Below, piece after piece: positions 1 through 10,148 of a stretch of DNA of 64,000 bases. This DNA comes from an uncultured Candidatus Saccharimonadales bacterium. Its GTDB lineage: Bacteria > Patescibacteriota > Saccharimonadia > UBA4664. The stretch covers positions 9,601-73,600 of the forward strand of contig CAYXSN010000006.1 of assembly GCA_964467655.1 (NCBI GenBank). Reading direction: 5' to 3'. The notes beneath the pieces are model-generated. The model made no database searches, was not told the origin of the DNA, and was given only the letters and a program-made list of their open reading frames with translations. The position numbers and the translations under genes are program-made. Position 1 is the stretch's first letter. Each line of letters begins with the position of its first letter.

Positions 1-295
1 AGCTACCACAAATTACCAGCATTGGCACACCATCAGCTGCCATTTTTTTTAGCTCAACACCATGGCGGCTTAAATCTTGGCTCATAATCACCTGTCCCGA
101 GTCTTGTCCTCCCCCACCAAAAACTAAGTCGATATCAGACCAATTTACTCTGGCATGAGGCTCGATCGGCACTACCTCAGTCTTGATATTTCTCCACGCT
201 AACCGTTGTCGCAAAGTCAGCACATTACCCATATCACCATAGATATTCATCTCACGAGGATACAAGTGTCCAATGGTGATGGTTGGGGTTCTCAT
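1..295 (-). CDS. gatD: Lipid II isoglutaminyl synthase glutaminase subunit (CobQ-like), truncated by window edge
   Basis: Manual translation MRTPTITIGHLYPREMNIYGDMGN matches the GatD N-terminal motif; ATGA overlap with the murT stop. Confidence 0.85.
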   Translation of the reverse strand, partial: MRTPTITIGHLYPREMNIYGDMGNVLTLRQRLAWRNIKTEVVPIEPHARVNWSDIDLVFGGGGQDSGQVIMSQDLSRHGVELKKMAADGVPMLVICGS

Positions 296-1659
296 GATAC
301 CGGCTCCATTTTGGTATGCTTCGACAATACTTCGCGAATTTCGTTCATCGCCGTATAGGTGGGCAGGATGAGCACTTCACTGCCTACTGGCCGGCTTAAA
401 ACCAACCAGTCGATTGCTGCTGGCAGATCTGATTCAATATGGGCCGTTATACCAGCGTATTTTAACCTCAATGCCATATCCAACCGGCGCAAACCCGTTA
501 CGCCAGCCGCAAGATCTTGTCCCGCAAGGCCCTCTAAAGGTACGTCCCACAACCATGAAACATCACGACCATCTGCGTGCAGATCGTTAATGGCAAACAA
601 CACCGCCAAGTCTTGCCGGTCTTGAAGAAATGTTTGTACTACCTGGGCAAAGCCGGCGGGGTTTTTAATGAGTAGGATGCAAATGGTTCGACCCCGGTAC
701 GCTACCCGCTCGACTCTGCCAAATGCCGGCACCGATTCCGACATGGCCCTTTCGATAGTTGACATAGTCACCCCATAGCGGGCTGCGACAGCAGCAGCGG
801 CCACCGCATTATAGACGTTATATATGCCAGGGAGCTGATATTGAACTTTTACCCGATGATCAAAAAGCTTAATTTTTAATCTGCTTGACCGGGTTGTCAT
901 ATCACTTATTGATGTAACTTCAACATCGGGTATGGGACGCTTATAATGACATTTTGGGCAACGGTAATGCCCAATATGACCGAACCAAATCCTTGGAAAT
1001 ACTAGTACCTCATGACATATCGGGCAACGGTCAGAATCGGTAGCGGTGATCAATGACGGTCGATGATCAACGGTATCACCTACCCCAAAATACACTGTCG
1101 ATTGAGGATCAACCGCATACTTGGCCAAATTGGCGACCAGTGGATCATCGGCATTTAAGCACAATGTTGCTTCTGTTTGGCCAATACCCTCACCGATTAA
1201 CGCCGCAGTAGTATCAAGCTCACCATACCGGTCGAGTTGGTCACGAAATAAATTTAATACAACAATGTAGCGTGGCTTCAATAATCCGGCCACGCGGCGC
1301 AAACTAGCCTCATCCACCTCAAATACTGCCACATCATAATTAAGCCGGCCATTTATGTGAGCTTTATCAATGACCGCCGACACAATGCCTCTTTTTAAAT
1401 TCGACCCCGTCGAGTTCGTAAGTACCCGCCAGCCTTTTTTCTCAAGCATTGAAGTTAACAGCTTGACGGTTGTTGTCTTGCCATTCGTGCCAGTTACCAA
1501 AATGACACCTTGGCTAAAACGACCGGCAATTTTTGCCAATAAATTTTTGTCGAGCCGCTCAGCCACAAGACCAGGCAGTGCTTGTCCGCCACCCCGACCC
1601 GTTACCCTGCTGATGCGGGCTGCGGTTTTACCGGCCAACAATGTAGACCAAACTGCCAT
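292..1659 (-). CDS. murT: Lipid II isoglutaminyl synthase MurT (Mur ligase + DUF1727)
   Basis: GTNGKTT, EVDE, NLFRDQLDRYGE, Cys4 zinc finger, KNPAG, DGRDVSWLWD motifs. Confidence 0.92.
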   Translation of the reverse strand: MAVWSTLLAGKTAARISRVTGRGGGQALPGLVAERLDKNLLAKIAGRFSQGVILVTGTNGKTTTVKLLTSMLEKKGWRVLTNSTGSNLKRGIVSAVIDKAHINGRLNYDVAVFEVDEASLRRVAGLLKPRYIVVLNLFRDQLDRYGELDTTAALIGEGIGQTEATLCLNADDPLVANLAKYAVDPQSTVYFGVGDTVDHRPSLITATDSDRCPICHEVLVFPRIWFGHIGHYRCPKCHYKRPIPDVEVTSISDMTTRSSRLKIKLFDHRVKVQYQLPGIYNVYNAVAAAAVAARYGVTMSTIERAMSESVPAFGRVERVAYRGRTICILLIKNPAGFAQVVQTFLQDRQDLAVLFAINDLHADGRDVSWLWDVPLEGLAGQDLAAGVTGLRRLDMALRLKYAGITAHIESDLPAAIDWLVLSRPVGSEVLILPTYTAMNEIREVLSKHTKMEPVS

Positions 1660-1666
1660 AACTTAA

Positions 1667-2593
1667 TTATACCTGCCAACGGGCCATGTACCGAATAACT
1701 TCATCGGCGACTTCATGAGCATTATCTACCCATACAACATCTTCGTTTCTTTTAAACCATGTTTGTTGTTTTTTAAATAATGCCATGTCACCTTGGACGA
1801 AGTTGTGCTTACCCACTTGCTCGGAGACCTCGCCCAAAACCACCGGTTTAAAGGCCCGGTATCCAATGACATTCATGGCCGGACTGTCCCATCCGTACAT
1901 GGTGCCAATCCGCTCCACCTCCTCAATAAAGCCTTGGGAAAGCATTTTTTCAACTCTCGAGGTAATCCGCTTCCGAGCAATATCTTTGTTCAAGCTCATT
2001 CCAATCACGAAACTACCTGGTAGAAGCGCCTGCCGTTGACCGCTACCCACGTCTAAGGTTTCTAAAGCCCGCACGACCCGCCGCTTGTTGTGTAAGTCAA
2101 GTTTGGAGGCCCTCTCAGGGTCCGCCGCATGTAAGCGTTGAACCAGCTCAGGCAATGGCAAGTCATTAAGTTCTGAGCGTAAACTCGGAGGCGGTGGCGG
2201 CGGAAAATCAAAACTATACAGTACGCTATCGATGTATAGACCACTGCCACCTACCATAATTGGTACGTGCCCTCTGGCCCATATCTCTATAGCCGCCGCC
2301 TCGGCCAAACGACGAAATCTGGCCGCACTCAGTATTTCGTTTGGCTCAATAACATCGAGCAAATGATGTTTGACAGCTTGGCGTTCTGAGCGCGTTGGCT
2401 TAGCGGTGCCAATATCCATATACTTATAGATAGTACGCGAGTCTGCACAAATAATCTCGCCATTAATTTGATGGGCTATATCGAGAGATATAGCAGTCTT
2501 ACCGCTTGCAGTGGGCCCAATAATGGCCAAGAATGGCTTATTACCCTCGATCATAATGCCTCGAATATCAAGCATATGTTGTAATATCCACAT
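1667..2593 (-). CDS. miaA: tRNA dimethylallyltransferase (true start probably ~2554)
   Basis: GPTASGKT, DSRTIYKYMDIGTAKP, GGSGLY, KQQTWF. Confidence 0.95.
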   Translation of the reverse strand: MWILQHMLDIRGIMIEGNKPFLAIIGPTASGKTAISLDIAHQINGEIICADSRTIYKYMDIGTAKPTRSERQAVKHHLLDVIEPNEILSAARFRRLAEAAAIEIWARGHVPIMVGGSGLYIDSVLYSFDFPPPPPPSLRSELNDLPLPELVQRLHAADPERASKLDLHNKRRVVRALETLDVGSGQRQALLPGSFVIGMSLNKDIARKRITSRVEKMLSQGFIEEVERIGTMYGWDSPAMNVIGYRAFKPVVLGEVSEQVGKHNFVQGDMALFKKQQTWFKRNEDVVWVDNAHEVADEVIRYMARWQV

Positions 2594-2624
2594 CTAACCT
2601 AATACACATTACAGATATAGGTAG

Positions 2625-4478
2625 CTAAGTCAATTTTGATTGAGGCGCCCGCTCAGCTACCTCAAGCACCAGAGCTTCAATAAATTCAGCGATGCTCAGC
2701 TCACCAGTAAACTCTCCGTGACCTTGCCGCAGCCGCGGAGTCACTTTTTGCTGCTGGAGCTCTTTCTCGCCAATAACCAACGTATACGGCACTTTGGCGA
2801 CACCAGCCGCCCTGATTTTTTTGCCGACGCTTTCGGCGGTGGCATCAATGCCGACGCGCAATCCAGCTTGAACCAACAATTGTCGCCACTGCTCAACAAC
2901 TTGCTTAATTTGCTGGCTGTCGTTAACGGGAGCTAATCTGACTTGCTCTGGAGCTAGCCAGAGCGGGAAGGCTCCACCGGTGGACTCAATGAGCAAAACC
3001 ATGAATCTTTCGATTGATCCCATAATTGCTGCATGGATCATCACGATTCGCTCGCGGCCCCCAGTCTCGTTGATGCAAACCAAGTCAAAGCCTTCAGGCT
3101 GCCCAAAATCGAGCTGGATTGTGCCCGCCTGAAACTCTCGCCCAAATACATCCCGGCCTACAAAGTCGATCTTTGGCCCATAAAAGGCTGCGTCACCTAC
3201 CCCATCAACAAAATCATCACCAACCTTTGACCGCACCACTGCCTCAAGCTGCTCTTCAGCCCGCTGCCACATGTCAGCCGTACCTAAATAGTTTTCCATT
3301 TGCGTGCTATCGTGACGACTCAAACGTACCCGCAAGTCAATGCCAAACGTCAGGTTTAGAGTGGTCACAATCTCCCAAATCCGGCTAATTTCGGCTTCTA
3401 TCTGGCTCGTCCGGCAGAAAACGTGAGCGTCATCTTGGGTAATTGAACGCACCCGGCTCAAGCCCGATAACTCACCACTTTGCTCGTCACGATACACCAT
3501 GGTAGTCTCTCGGTAGCGAATCGGCAGATCACGGTAACTGCGTGGCTGACTTGCGTAAATTTGCGTGTGGTGAGGGCAGTTCATAGGCTTCATGGCAAAC
3601 AAGTGGCCTTCGCGAGTTTTGATCTTAAAAAGTTCCTCGGAAAACTTCTTCCAATGGCCGCTTTTTTCATACAAATCTTTCTTGGTGATATGAGGAATCG
3701 TCACCGCCTGGTACCCACCGCCCAAAGTCTCGCGTAACTCTTGCACGTAGTTGTTGAGTTGTTCCCGAATAACCGTTCCCCGCGGCGTCCATAGTGGCAG
3801 CCCCGGCCCAACGAGGTCACTAAAGACAAATAAGTCTAATTCTTTGCCGAGCTTGCGGTGGTCACGTGCCGCCGCTTGTTCCAGCAAGGCCAAATGATCA
3901 TCAAGCTCCGATTGTGTTGTAAAGCCTACACCATATACCCGCTGCAACTGGGCGTTTTTCTCATTACCTCGCCAATAAGCACCCGAAACCCGCATCAGTT
4001 TAAAGGCGCCAACCTTACCCGTCGACTCTACATGAGGCCCGCGGCACAAGTCGGTAAACGGACCATCGGTATATATACCAACCTCATCAACCTTAGCATC
4101 GTCATCTACCCCCAGCTGGGATCTATCAATATCCCGGGCCACAGTCGTACCATGGACCTTGAGGTCATTAAGCAAATCAATTTTATAAGTCTGTTGGCGC
4201 TCATCAAAATAAGCGATTGCCTCATCAAGTTTCATTGTGGAATGCTCGAACGGATAATCTGCCTTGATGACCTCATTCATTTTGGTTTCGATTTTGGCCA
4301 GATCAGCGTCACCCAGTTTAGCCGACAGGTCGACATCATAGTAAAAACCATGCTCAACAACAGGCCCTACTCCAAACTTGGCATCTGGGTACAACTGCGC
4401 AATCGCCGTGGCCATAATATGAGCCAGCGAATGCCTCATAGCGAATAATTGTGGATTTTCTATTTTTTCTGCCATCAT
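2625..4478 (-). CDS. thrS: Threonine--tRNA ligase (lacks the N-terminal TGS domain)
   Basis: RHSLAH, DLCRGPH, RDHRKLG, KPMNCP, FYGPKID. Confidence 0.97.
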   Translation of the reverse strand: MMAEKIENPQLFAMRHSLAHIMATAIAQLYPDAKFGVGPVVEHGFYYDVDLSAKLGDADLAKIETKMNEVIKADYPFEHSTMKLDEAIAYFDERQQTYKIDLLNDLKVHGTTVARDIDRSQLGVDDDAKVDEVGIYTDGPFTDLCRGPHVESTGKVGAFKLMRVSGAYWRGNEKNAQLQRVYGVGFTTQSELDDHLALLEQAAARDHRKLGKELDLFVFSDLVGPGLPLWTPRGTVIREQLNNYVQELRETLGGGYQAVTIPHITKKDLYEKSGHWKKFSEELFKIKTREGHLFAMKPMNCPHHTQIYASQPRSYRDLPIRYRETTMVYRDEQSGELSGLSRVRSITQDDAHVFCRTSQIEAEISRIWEIVTTLNLTFGIDLRVRLSRHDSTQMENYLGTADMWQRAEEQLEAVVRSKVGDDFVDGVGDAAFYGPKIDFVGRDVFGREFQAGTIQLDFGQPEGFDLVCINETGGRERIVMIHAAIMGSIERFMVLLIESTGGAFPLWLAPEQVRLAPVNDSQQIKQVVEQWRQLLVQAGLRVGIDATAESVGKKIRAAGVAKVPYTLVIGEKELQQQKVTPRLRQGHGEFTGELSIAEFIEALVLEVAERAPQSKLT

Positions 4479-4505
4479 TCATATCCTATAGTTAGTGCTA
4501 ATAAT

Positions 4506-4690
4506 CCAAAAAACACGCACACATTTTCTTTGTGCGTGTCTGGGTCCACAACGCTGCGGACGGTTCCACCAGACTTCCTTATAAAAGCTCTGGGGCTACT
4601 ATAAGGCTCTCATGCAGCCCATATCACGTCACAGGCTAAGACGGAGCTAGCAGGGCGGTTACTCCCGCATCAACACTCTCTTGAACTCAA
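4506..4690 (-). promoter_or_regulatory. T-box riboswitch leader of thrS with intrinsic terminator
   Basis: Minus strand: TGgTATAAT -10 (4694-4699); antiterminator GTCTGG-[TGGAACC bulge]-GTCCGCA..TGTGGAC-CCAGAC; terminator ACACGCACA/TGTGCGTGT + T-run (4508-4539); candidate ACC (Thr) specifier at 4657-4659. Confidence 0.9.
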
Positions 4691-4724
4691 GCTATTATAC
4701 CATGAAGCTGCCAATCGTCGGTAG

Positions 4725-5030
4725 CTAGTTCACGGCCGTGTCACCTACACCCTTTTCGGCATCGTTTTTATGCATTCCCTCATAGGCAGCCCGCAACCGC
4801 GCCGCCTGCTCTGCTCCCCGCGCCTCGTCGCTCGCTATTTGTTCAGGTGTACGTTGAGCCGGCCGCCGCTCAGCGGTCGGACCGCCCACCAATGGCCTGG
4901 GTGGTAAACCCGCGGCGATCCTCACCCCAATGGCTCTATCGTATGCGGCACCAGCGGTTTGTTCACCGTCTGGTTCTCGATGAGACCTAAGACCGCCACC
5001 AAGCTCTGCCTGCGGATCATCTCGTTCCAA
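4725..5030 (-). CDS. Hypothetical protein
   Basis: 101-aa ORF filling the gap downstream of tRNA-Val; no motif recognised. Confidence 0.4.
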   Translation of the reverse strand: MERDDPQAELGGGLRSHREPDGEQTAGAAYDRAIGVRIAAGLPPRPLVGGPTAERRPAQRTPEQIASDEARGAEQAARLRAAYEGMHKNDAEKGVGDTAVN

Positions 5031-5070
5031 AATATCATCCCCTCCTCAAATCTAACCAAAAGATAATTAC

Positions 5071-5147
5071 TGGTGGGTCCTAGAGGATTCGAACCTCTGA
5101 CCTCTTCCACGTCAAGGAAGCGCTCTAACCAACTGAGCTAAGAACCC
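5071..5147 (-). tRNA. tRNA-Val(GAC)
   Basis: Cloverleaf, anticodon arm CTTCC-TTGACGT-GGAAG, GTTCGAA T-loop, encoded CCA. Confidence 0.96.
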
Positions 5148-5238
5148 AGGTTCCAGACACAAAATATACGGCATTTGCGCCCAAAACGCAATTGCGATAC
5201 AATTTCCCTCGTTATAGCGTTGACCCTGCCCCATTCAC

Positions 5239-5315
<77 letters not shown>

Positions 5316-5422
5316 GGTATTATTGTTAGTTAATCCCGCTTAAGCTTGCTGCTCACTCCCTGCCAAGGTACGCTATTGGTAGCTCAGGTTGTGAGAAATA
5401 ACAGCTTAAGAGGCATAGGCTT

Positions 5423-6562
5423 ATGCTAACTCAGCAAATTGCCGAAAAAATCCGTACCAAAGTAAGCTCTCTGATAAGCCAGGAGCTATGGGTAGTGGAT
5501 TTGGCCGGTCAAAGCTTATCTCACACCACTCATCTCGCACCAGCATCCGTTGATCTTGCTACCACAGATTGGGCCATTGCCTTTTCTTACGGAGGCAACG
5601 TCGTGGGCTATATCGTGTTGGAAAAACAACTTTCAGGCCACACCGACATTGCTCCACTCATCAAATCTATTGCAGAGCTGATTATGCATCAGTCCCTGGT
5701 ACTCGAACAAATCCCCCATCAAGATGAGCGCCTGGATAAGTTTGTCTATGACCTCTTAAACGAACCTGATCCTGACTGGAAACTGTTGAGCGCCGAAGCT
5801 AGGCTGTTTGATATTGAACTCGAAAGGCCCCGCATAGCCATAATCGTCCGCATCGATGACGACGTACTTACAAGCAGCCTGCAAGACCCCAGCAGCGACC
5901 GAGACATCAGGGTCAGCCGTTATAAATCGAACTTATCCCGAGCCCTTGATTCTTTTTATACCTCTAGCCGGGCCAACATTGTAGCCTATTTGGGCAGTAA
6001 TACGTTTTGCATACTCAAGGACATACTAGCCAACGATGAAGACGACTCAGATACTGTAACGAGCGTTGAAAGATTTAAGAAGAGCTTGAATGCCTTCTAC
6101 GGTATCATCAAGGGTGAACTCAATACTCCAGCGACCATAGGTGTAGGTAATTACCACGAAGAACTAACCGGCCTGCGCCAGAGCTATTTGGAGGCCAAAT
6201 CAGCCATTGAGCTTGGATCAGTTAACTGGGACTACGATAAAATCTATCACATCGATGATTTTGGCGTAGTAGCCCCTTTGTTATCAGGTATTGATGAAAA
6301 CAATATCTATTTTTCACGTGATCTTCTCGACAAACTCGGCCGAAATCAGGAGATTATTGAAACGCTCAATGCTTTTTTCAATTATGATATGTCACTTACC
6401 CGAACTGCTGATGCCATGAAGATACATCGCAATACGCTAGTCTACCGACTCGACCGTATCAAAGAAGCCCTCGGACTCGATCCGCGCGACTTTGAAGATG
6501 CTATGCAGATTAGGCTAGCCATTTTGTACACCCGCTTTTTGGAGCCAGACAATGCAGCTTAA
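5423..6562 (+). CDS. CdaR/PucR-family transcriptional regulator
   Basis: GGDEF-like middle domain (IGVG..GLRQSY.EA) and C-terminal HTH TADAMKIHRNTLVYRL. Confidence 0.9.
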   Translation: MLTQQIAEKIRTKVSSLISQELWVVDLAGQSLSHTTHLAPASVDLATTDWAIAFSYGGNVVGYIVLEKQLSGHTDIAPLIKSIAELIMHQSLVLEQIPHQDERLDKFVYDLLNEPDPDWKLLSAEARLFDIELERPRIAIIVRIDDDVLTSSLQDPSSDRDIRVSRYKSNLSRALDSFYTSSRANIVAYLGSNTFCILKDILANDEDDSDTVTSVERFKKSLNAFYGIIKGELNTPATIGVGNYHEELTGLRQSYLEAKSAIELGSVNWDYDKIYHIDDFGVVAPLLSGIDENNIYFSRDLLDKLGRNQEIIETLNAFFNYDMSLTRTADAMKIHRNTLVYRLDRIKEALGLDPRDFEDAMQIRLAILYTRFLEPDNAA

Positions 6563-7733
6563 TCATTCACTCGCCTCCCTGATAGCAGACAAAGCCCGAC
6601 AAGTCCTAAAACGAGATATTGTTGTAGCAGATACAACAGGGTATTTACTATCATGCATCGCCGACAACGAACCAGCAATTCCTGAAGCCCTAGCTGCAGC
6701 TCAAAGTGGCCACCCCCAAACTGGTACTTTTAAAGGACTCTCCATGAAATGGTGGCCGTTTATGTACGACGAAAGCACGGTTGCTATCTTTGGCGTGCCA
6801 CTTGACCACGGTCCGATTACCCAGGAAGCCATCGCGCTGCTCCAGGGTTTGGCGGAAGTCATTATTTATCAGCACACTCTCCTCGATAAGATGCAATCGA
6901 GTGAAAGACTAAGGGCCAGTTTCCTACATGAAACCCTCACGAGTACACAGGTAAACTCCATCAAAACCTATCACCAGGCCGATATTCTCAAGCTAAATCT
7001 AAAAAGTCCTTCATCCGTCATATTAATACATATCGAGGGCTTTACCAAAGAAGTATTATCAGAGAACGCTTCACTATCTCCAGAAGAAGCAGGCCTTAAG
7101 CTCAGTCAAGCGGCCGCGGCCATTTGTGCTCACCTTGCCGCAAGCTTCACGGCTTACCCTGCCAATACCATCTGTCATTTTGAAGGTGACCAATTTGTGA
7201 TTATCAAAGGCGTTATTGCTACTCAACCTACGACGACAAACACGATTAAATATCTCAAGGAACAAGCGGAGCTCATCAACCACACCATATCAAGTTACCT
7301 GCCTGGAAAAAATATTACACTTGGTGTCGGTCAGTATTATCCAGAGCTGGCTGGTCTGCGCAAAAGCTACGAGGACGCTAAATTGGCATTGACTGTAGGG
7401 CAAAGAATCTGGGGGTCTGGACGTATCTACCACATCAAAGATGTAGGGATGTACATAACGCTCTCTGGAGCTACACCTGATCGAAAAGCCGAGCTAGCTC
7501 ACCAGATTTTAGCTCCCCTCATGCGGGACGAGCAGCTCTTTAAAACCGTATCAAGCTTCTTAAGTAAAGGGCTCAATTTAACTGACGCCGCCGAAGAACT
7601 CCATATCCACCGTAACACTCTCATTTATCGGTTAGATAAAACCCAAAAACTGATTGGCCTCGATCCCCGACACTTTGATGATGCTCTTCAAATCAAATTG
7701 GGCCTCATGTTTTACGCCGAACCAGCGACATAG
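6552..7733 (+). CDS. CdaR/PucR-family transcriptional regulator (second paralog)
   Basis: LGVG..GLRKSY.DA and AAEELHIHRNTLIYRL; overlaps the upstream paralog by 11 nt. Confidence 0.9.
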   Translation: MQLNHSLASLIADKARQVLKRDIVVADTTGYLLSCIADNEPAIPEALAAAQSGHPQTGTFKGLSMKWWPFMYDESTVAIFGVPLDHGPITQEAIALLQGLAEVIIYQHTLLDKMQSSERLRASFLHETLTSTQVNSIKTYHQADILKLNLKSPSSVILIHIEGFTKEVLSENASLSPEEAGLKLSQAAAAICAHLAASFTAYPANTICHFEGDQFVIIKGVIATQPTTTNTIKYLKEQAELINHTISSYLPGKNITLGVGQYYPELAGLRKSYEDAKLALTVGQRIWGSGRIYHIKDVGMYITLSGATPDRKAELAHQILAPLMRDEQLFKTVSSFLSKGLNLTDAAEELHIHRNTLIYRLDKTQKLIGLDPRHFDDALQIKLGLMFYAEPAT

Positions 7734-7866
7734 GTTAACACTTGTTACAAAATTTGATGCTTACGCGTTGTAGTTTTTGTAACATTTTTAGTAGTTAGTT
7801 ACTTATATCAAGATTATCATACCTTCTAACTATCGAATCTTTAGCATTATATGAGGGGCAACCATA

Positions 7867-8112
7867 ATGAATCAAAATAAACACCTAAACCGCCTTGATT
7901 ATTTCTTTTCAGAAATCCCCGCACTTAAGCCTGGTATCGATTACTTCCAAGACATAGAGATCCAAGAAGCATATGAAGTTTCATCATCGTCCTCCAAGAA
8001 AGGACTATCTCGGGAACAGGTTTCGGCTTTAGCTATTGATGCCCTCGAAGCTGCACTTCTGCCTTCACGCCAGGGCCAGGCCTCAGGTAAACCCAATCGA
8101 AAACTACATTAG
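7867..8112 (+). CDS. Small hypothetical protein
   Basis: GAGGGG SD-like sequence upstream; 81 aa. Confidence 0.5.
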   Translation: MNQNKHLNRLDYFFSEIPALKPGIDYFQDIEIQEAYEVSSSSSKKGLSREQVSALAIDALEAALLPSRQGQASGKPNRKLH

Positions 8113-8123
8113 TATCATTAGTC

Positions 8124-8152
8124 TTGAATGTTCGGAAAAAGTTCGGTAACTT
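8124..8152 (+). promoter_or_regulatory. Sigma70 promoter with putative SOS/LexA-type operator
   Basis: TTGAAT-[GTTCGGAAAAAGTTCGG, 17 nt]-TAACTT. Confidence 0.75.
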
Positions 8153-8201
8153 GAGATATAGAGGTGAGGCACAGTATCTAAACAAGGAGCCCAAACAGGA
8201 C

Positions 8202-8609
8202 ATGTCTCAATCTATTGAAGATCTCAGGATCTACAAACAGGCGCGTGAACTCGAAGACCAAATTTACGAACTCGTCAAAAGCCTTCCCAAGGACCAATTT
8301 TATGCCTTAGGCAATGATCTGCGCCGATCCAGCGCTGGAGTCTCTCACCACATCATGAATACCCATCAATACTTTAGTTACACCCTAAAGCTTGATGAAC
8401 TAGCCGCCGCCCGCCGCCAGGCAGAGATCACATTGCATCATCTTGAGTCAGCCAAATTGTATGGTGACCAAACTGAACTAGTGAATGGCTACACCTCTGT
8501 CATAAAACAAGCCTGGGGACTATCAAAATGGCTATCGGCTAAATTGAAAGAAAAGCAACAAAAAACCGAGGTGTCAGCTAAAGAAGCTTTGGCCGCCGCT
8601 CCGGCTTAA
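8202..8609 (+). CDS. Four-helix bundle protein (23S rRNA IVS / Avd-like family)
   Basis: MSQSIEDLRIYKQA...LPKDQFYALGNDLRRSS matches the family N-terminus; start moved to ATG 8202 because the TTG at 8124 is the -35 box. Confidence 0.8.
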   Translation: MSQSIEDLRIYKQARELEDQIYELVKSLPKDQFYALGNDLRRSSAGVSHHIMNTHQYFSYTLKLDELAAARRQAEITLHHLESAKLYGDQTELVNGYTSVIKQAWGLSKWLSAKLKEKQQKTEVSAKEALAAAPA

Positions 8610-9871
8610 TGAAAGTAACGAACTGACCCAAATGGTATTTTATCAGGCATCCGGTTACGAGACTTCCAAGCTGTAGCCGGTGCCAATACCAATTCCCCGT
8701 ATTTGTTATTTACTGAATTCATAACCCGTTCCAAACTATCGGTCCGGCCAAACCAATAGTCATCAAGACTCAGTTGGCGGTCAGGCGCCGGCTCCAAAGC
8801 ATATGTAGTTAACGCCATACTACTTACCACTCTACCCTGAGGACTCTGAGCAAATAAATCCAAAACACGGTCAAATATCTGTTGGCCGCGCCAAGCCGCT
8901 GTTGGATACATACGGCGCTGCTGCCAACCACTCCGATAGTAGCCGACATTACGGCTCGGGTGGCCGACATAATTAAGTTGTAAGAACACACCACGCGCCG
9001 CCAAATGATTCCGGCCCAACCGGCGCGCCACCTTCATGCTAGCCCTACATAATAAAGCCTTAAGCTCTTCTGAGTCGGCCGTCCTATGGTCTAAAACGTA
9101 GCTCCGGCCAGCCGATCGAATACCCCACTCCACTTCTGTCTCGTAGCCTCTGAGCTTGAGATACCAGTGTCGCCCGTTAATACTTTTGAAGACCTGCTTA
9201 GTCAAAACCGGCTCGGGAGCCCTCAAAAACTCAAGTGGTGTCAAAATACCAGCGCCATTGAGCCTCAAGCGGTTACGCTGTTTTATGTAAGGCAAATCCA
9301 CGAGATCGAGCGACGCATACACTGCCTCCAAATTTTGATGGTCAATCACAAATAAACCATCGGGTTTCAGGAAACCTGCAGCCAACTTAGCCAACCAGCG
9401 GTTGGGTGCTATACCCACGTTTATCTTCATATAATCACCCACTTCTTCTCGCACTCTTTGCTTGATCTCTAAGCCGACATCCACCAGGCTCCTACCGTTA
9501 AGGAGACTATTCATCCCCTGAAAATCCAAAATACCCTCATCCACCGAGCGCATCACGAAACCAGGCGTATATGAACTAAAAATCTGCTGAACCAATTGAT
9601 AGACATGTTGATATTTAGCCGGATCGCTTTCTACCATGACAAACCCCGGTGCCTTGAGGCGCGCTTCGGGTAGCCTGGTGCCCAAGCCTACCCCCTGATC
9701 TTTGGCTTCAGGCGAAGCCGCAATACAAATAGCAGTATCACTCAACCGGTTACTTACCCCCACTGGGCGACCCCTCAAGAGGGGGTTGGCCTGTTGTTCT
9801 GCCATAGCAAAAGCCGAGTTAAGATCAATGTGCATAATCTCCGGCTTAGAACGGCTAATCTCGATATTCAT
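8606..9871 (-). CDS. dinB: Y-family DNA polymerase IV (DinB-like)
   Basis: HIDLNSAFA, SVDE catalytic motifs, GIAPNRWLAKLA, KPDG. Confidence 0.88.
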   Translation of the reverse strand: MNIEISRSKPEIMHIDLNSAFAMAEQQANPLLRGRPVGVSNRLSDTAICIAASPEAKDQGVGLGTRLPEARLKAPGFVMVESDPAKYQHVYQLVQQIFSSYTPGFVMRSVDEGILDFQGMNSLLNGRSLVDVGLEIKQRVREEVGDYMKINVGIAPNRWLAKLAAGFLKPDGLFVIDHQNLEAVYASLDLVDLPYIKQRNRLRLNGAGILTPLEFLRAPEPVLTKQVFKSINGRHWYLKLRGYETEVEWGIRSAGRSYVLDHRTADSEELKALLCRASMKVARRLGRNHLAARGVFLQLNYVGHPSRNVGYYRSGWQQRRMYPTAAWRGQQIFDRVLDLFAQSPQGRVVSSMALTTYALEPAPDRQLSLDDYWFGRTDSLERVMNSVNNKYGELVLAPATAWKSRNRMPDKIPFGSVRYFH

Positions 9872-10128
9872 CCATAAAACACATCGGTTAACGTCCAGAC
9901 TAAAGTATCAGGATCTAATTCAACCCGAAAGGCCGTCTCGCCGCTGGCAAAACTAAAGATATGGTATCGTTTGGCTCCCCGCCGCTCAGGATGATAAAAA
10001 CCCATTTTATCAATCAGCCAGCGACGTCCTTGCCATTGCATAGCCTGGGGTATAACTCGTACCGCTCCCCCGGGACGCGCACTGAACACAGCTAATACGC
10101 CTACTGAATCAGCCAGTCTTTGTTGCAT
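9868..10128 (-). CDS. Small protein translationally coupled to dinB (beta-rich, DUF6504-like)
   Basis: GGAGGG SD; P..M.W.GR.W...F.V.LD...L.W.L pattern; ATGA overlap with dinB. Confidence 0.7.
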   Translation of the reverse strand: MQQRLADSVGVLAVFSARPGGAVRVIPQAMQWQGRRWLIDKMGFYHPERRGAKRYHIFSFASGETAFRVELDPDTLVWTLTDVFYG

Positions 10129-10148
10129 AATAGACCCTCCAGTATCAT

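Noticed and set aside
8202-8609. Diversity-generating retroelement suggested by the Avd-like gene
   Set aside because: No reverse transcriptase and no TR/VR pair with adenine-specific mismatches seen in the window
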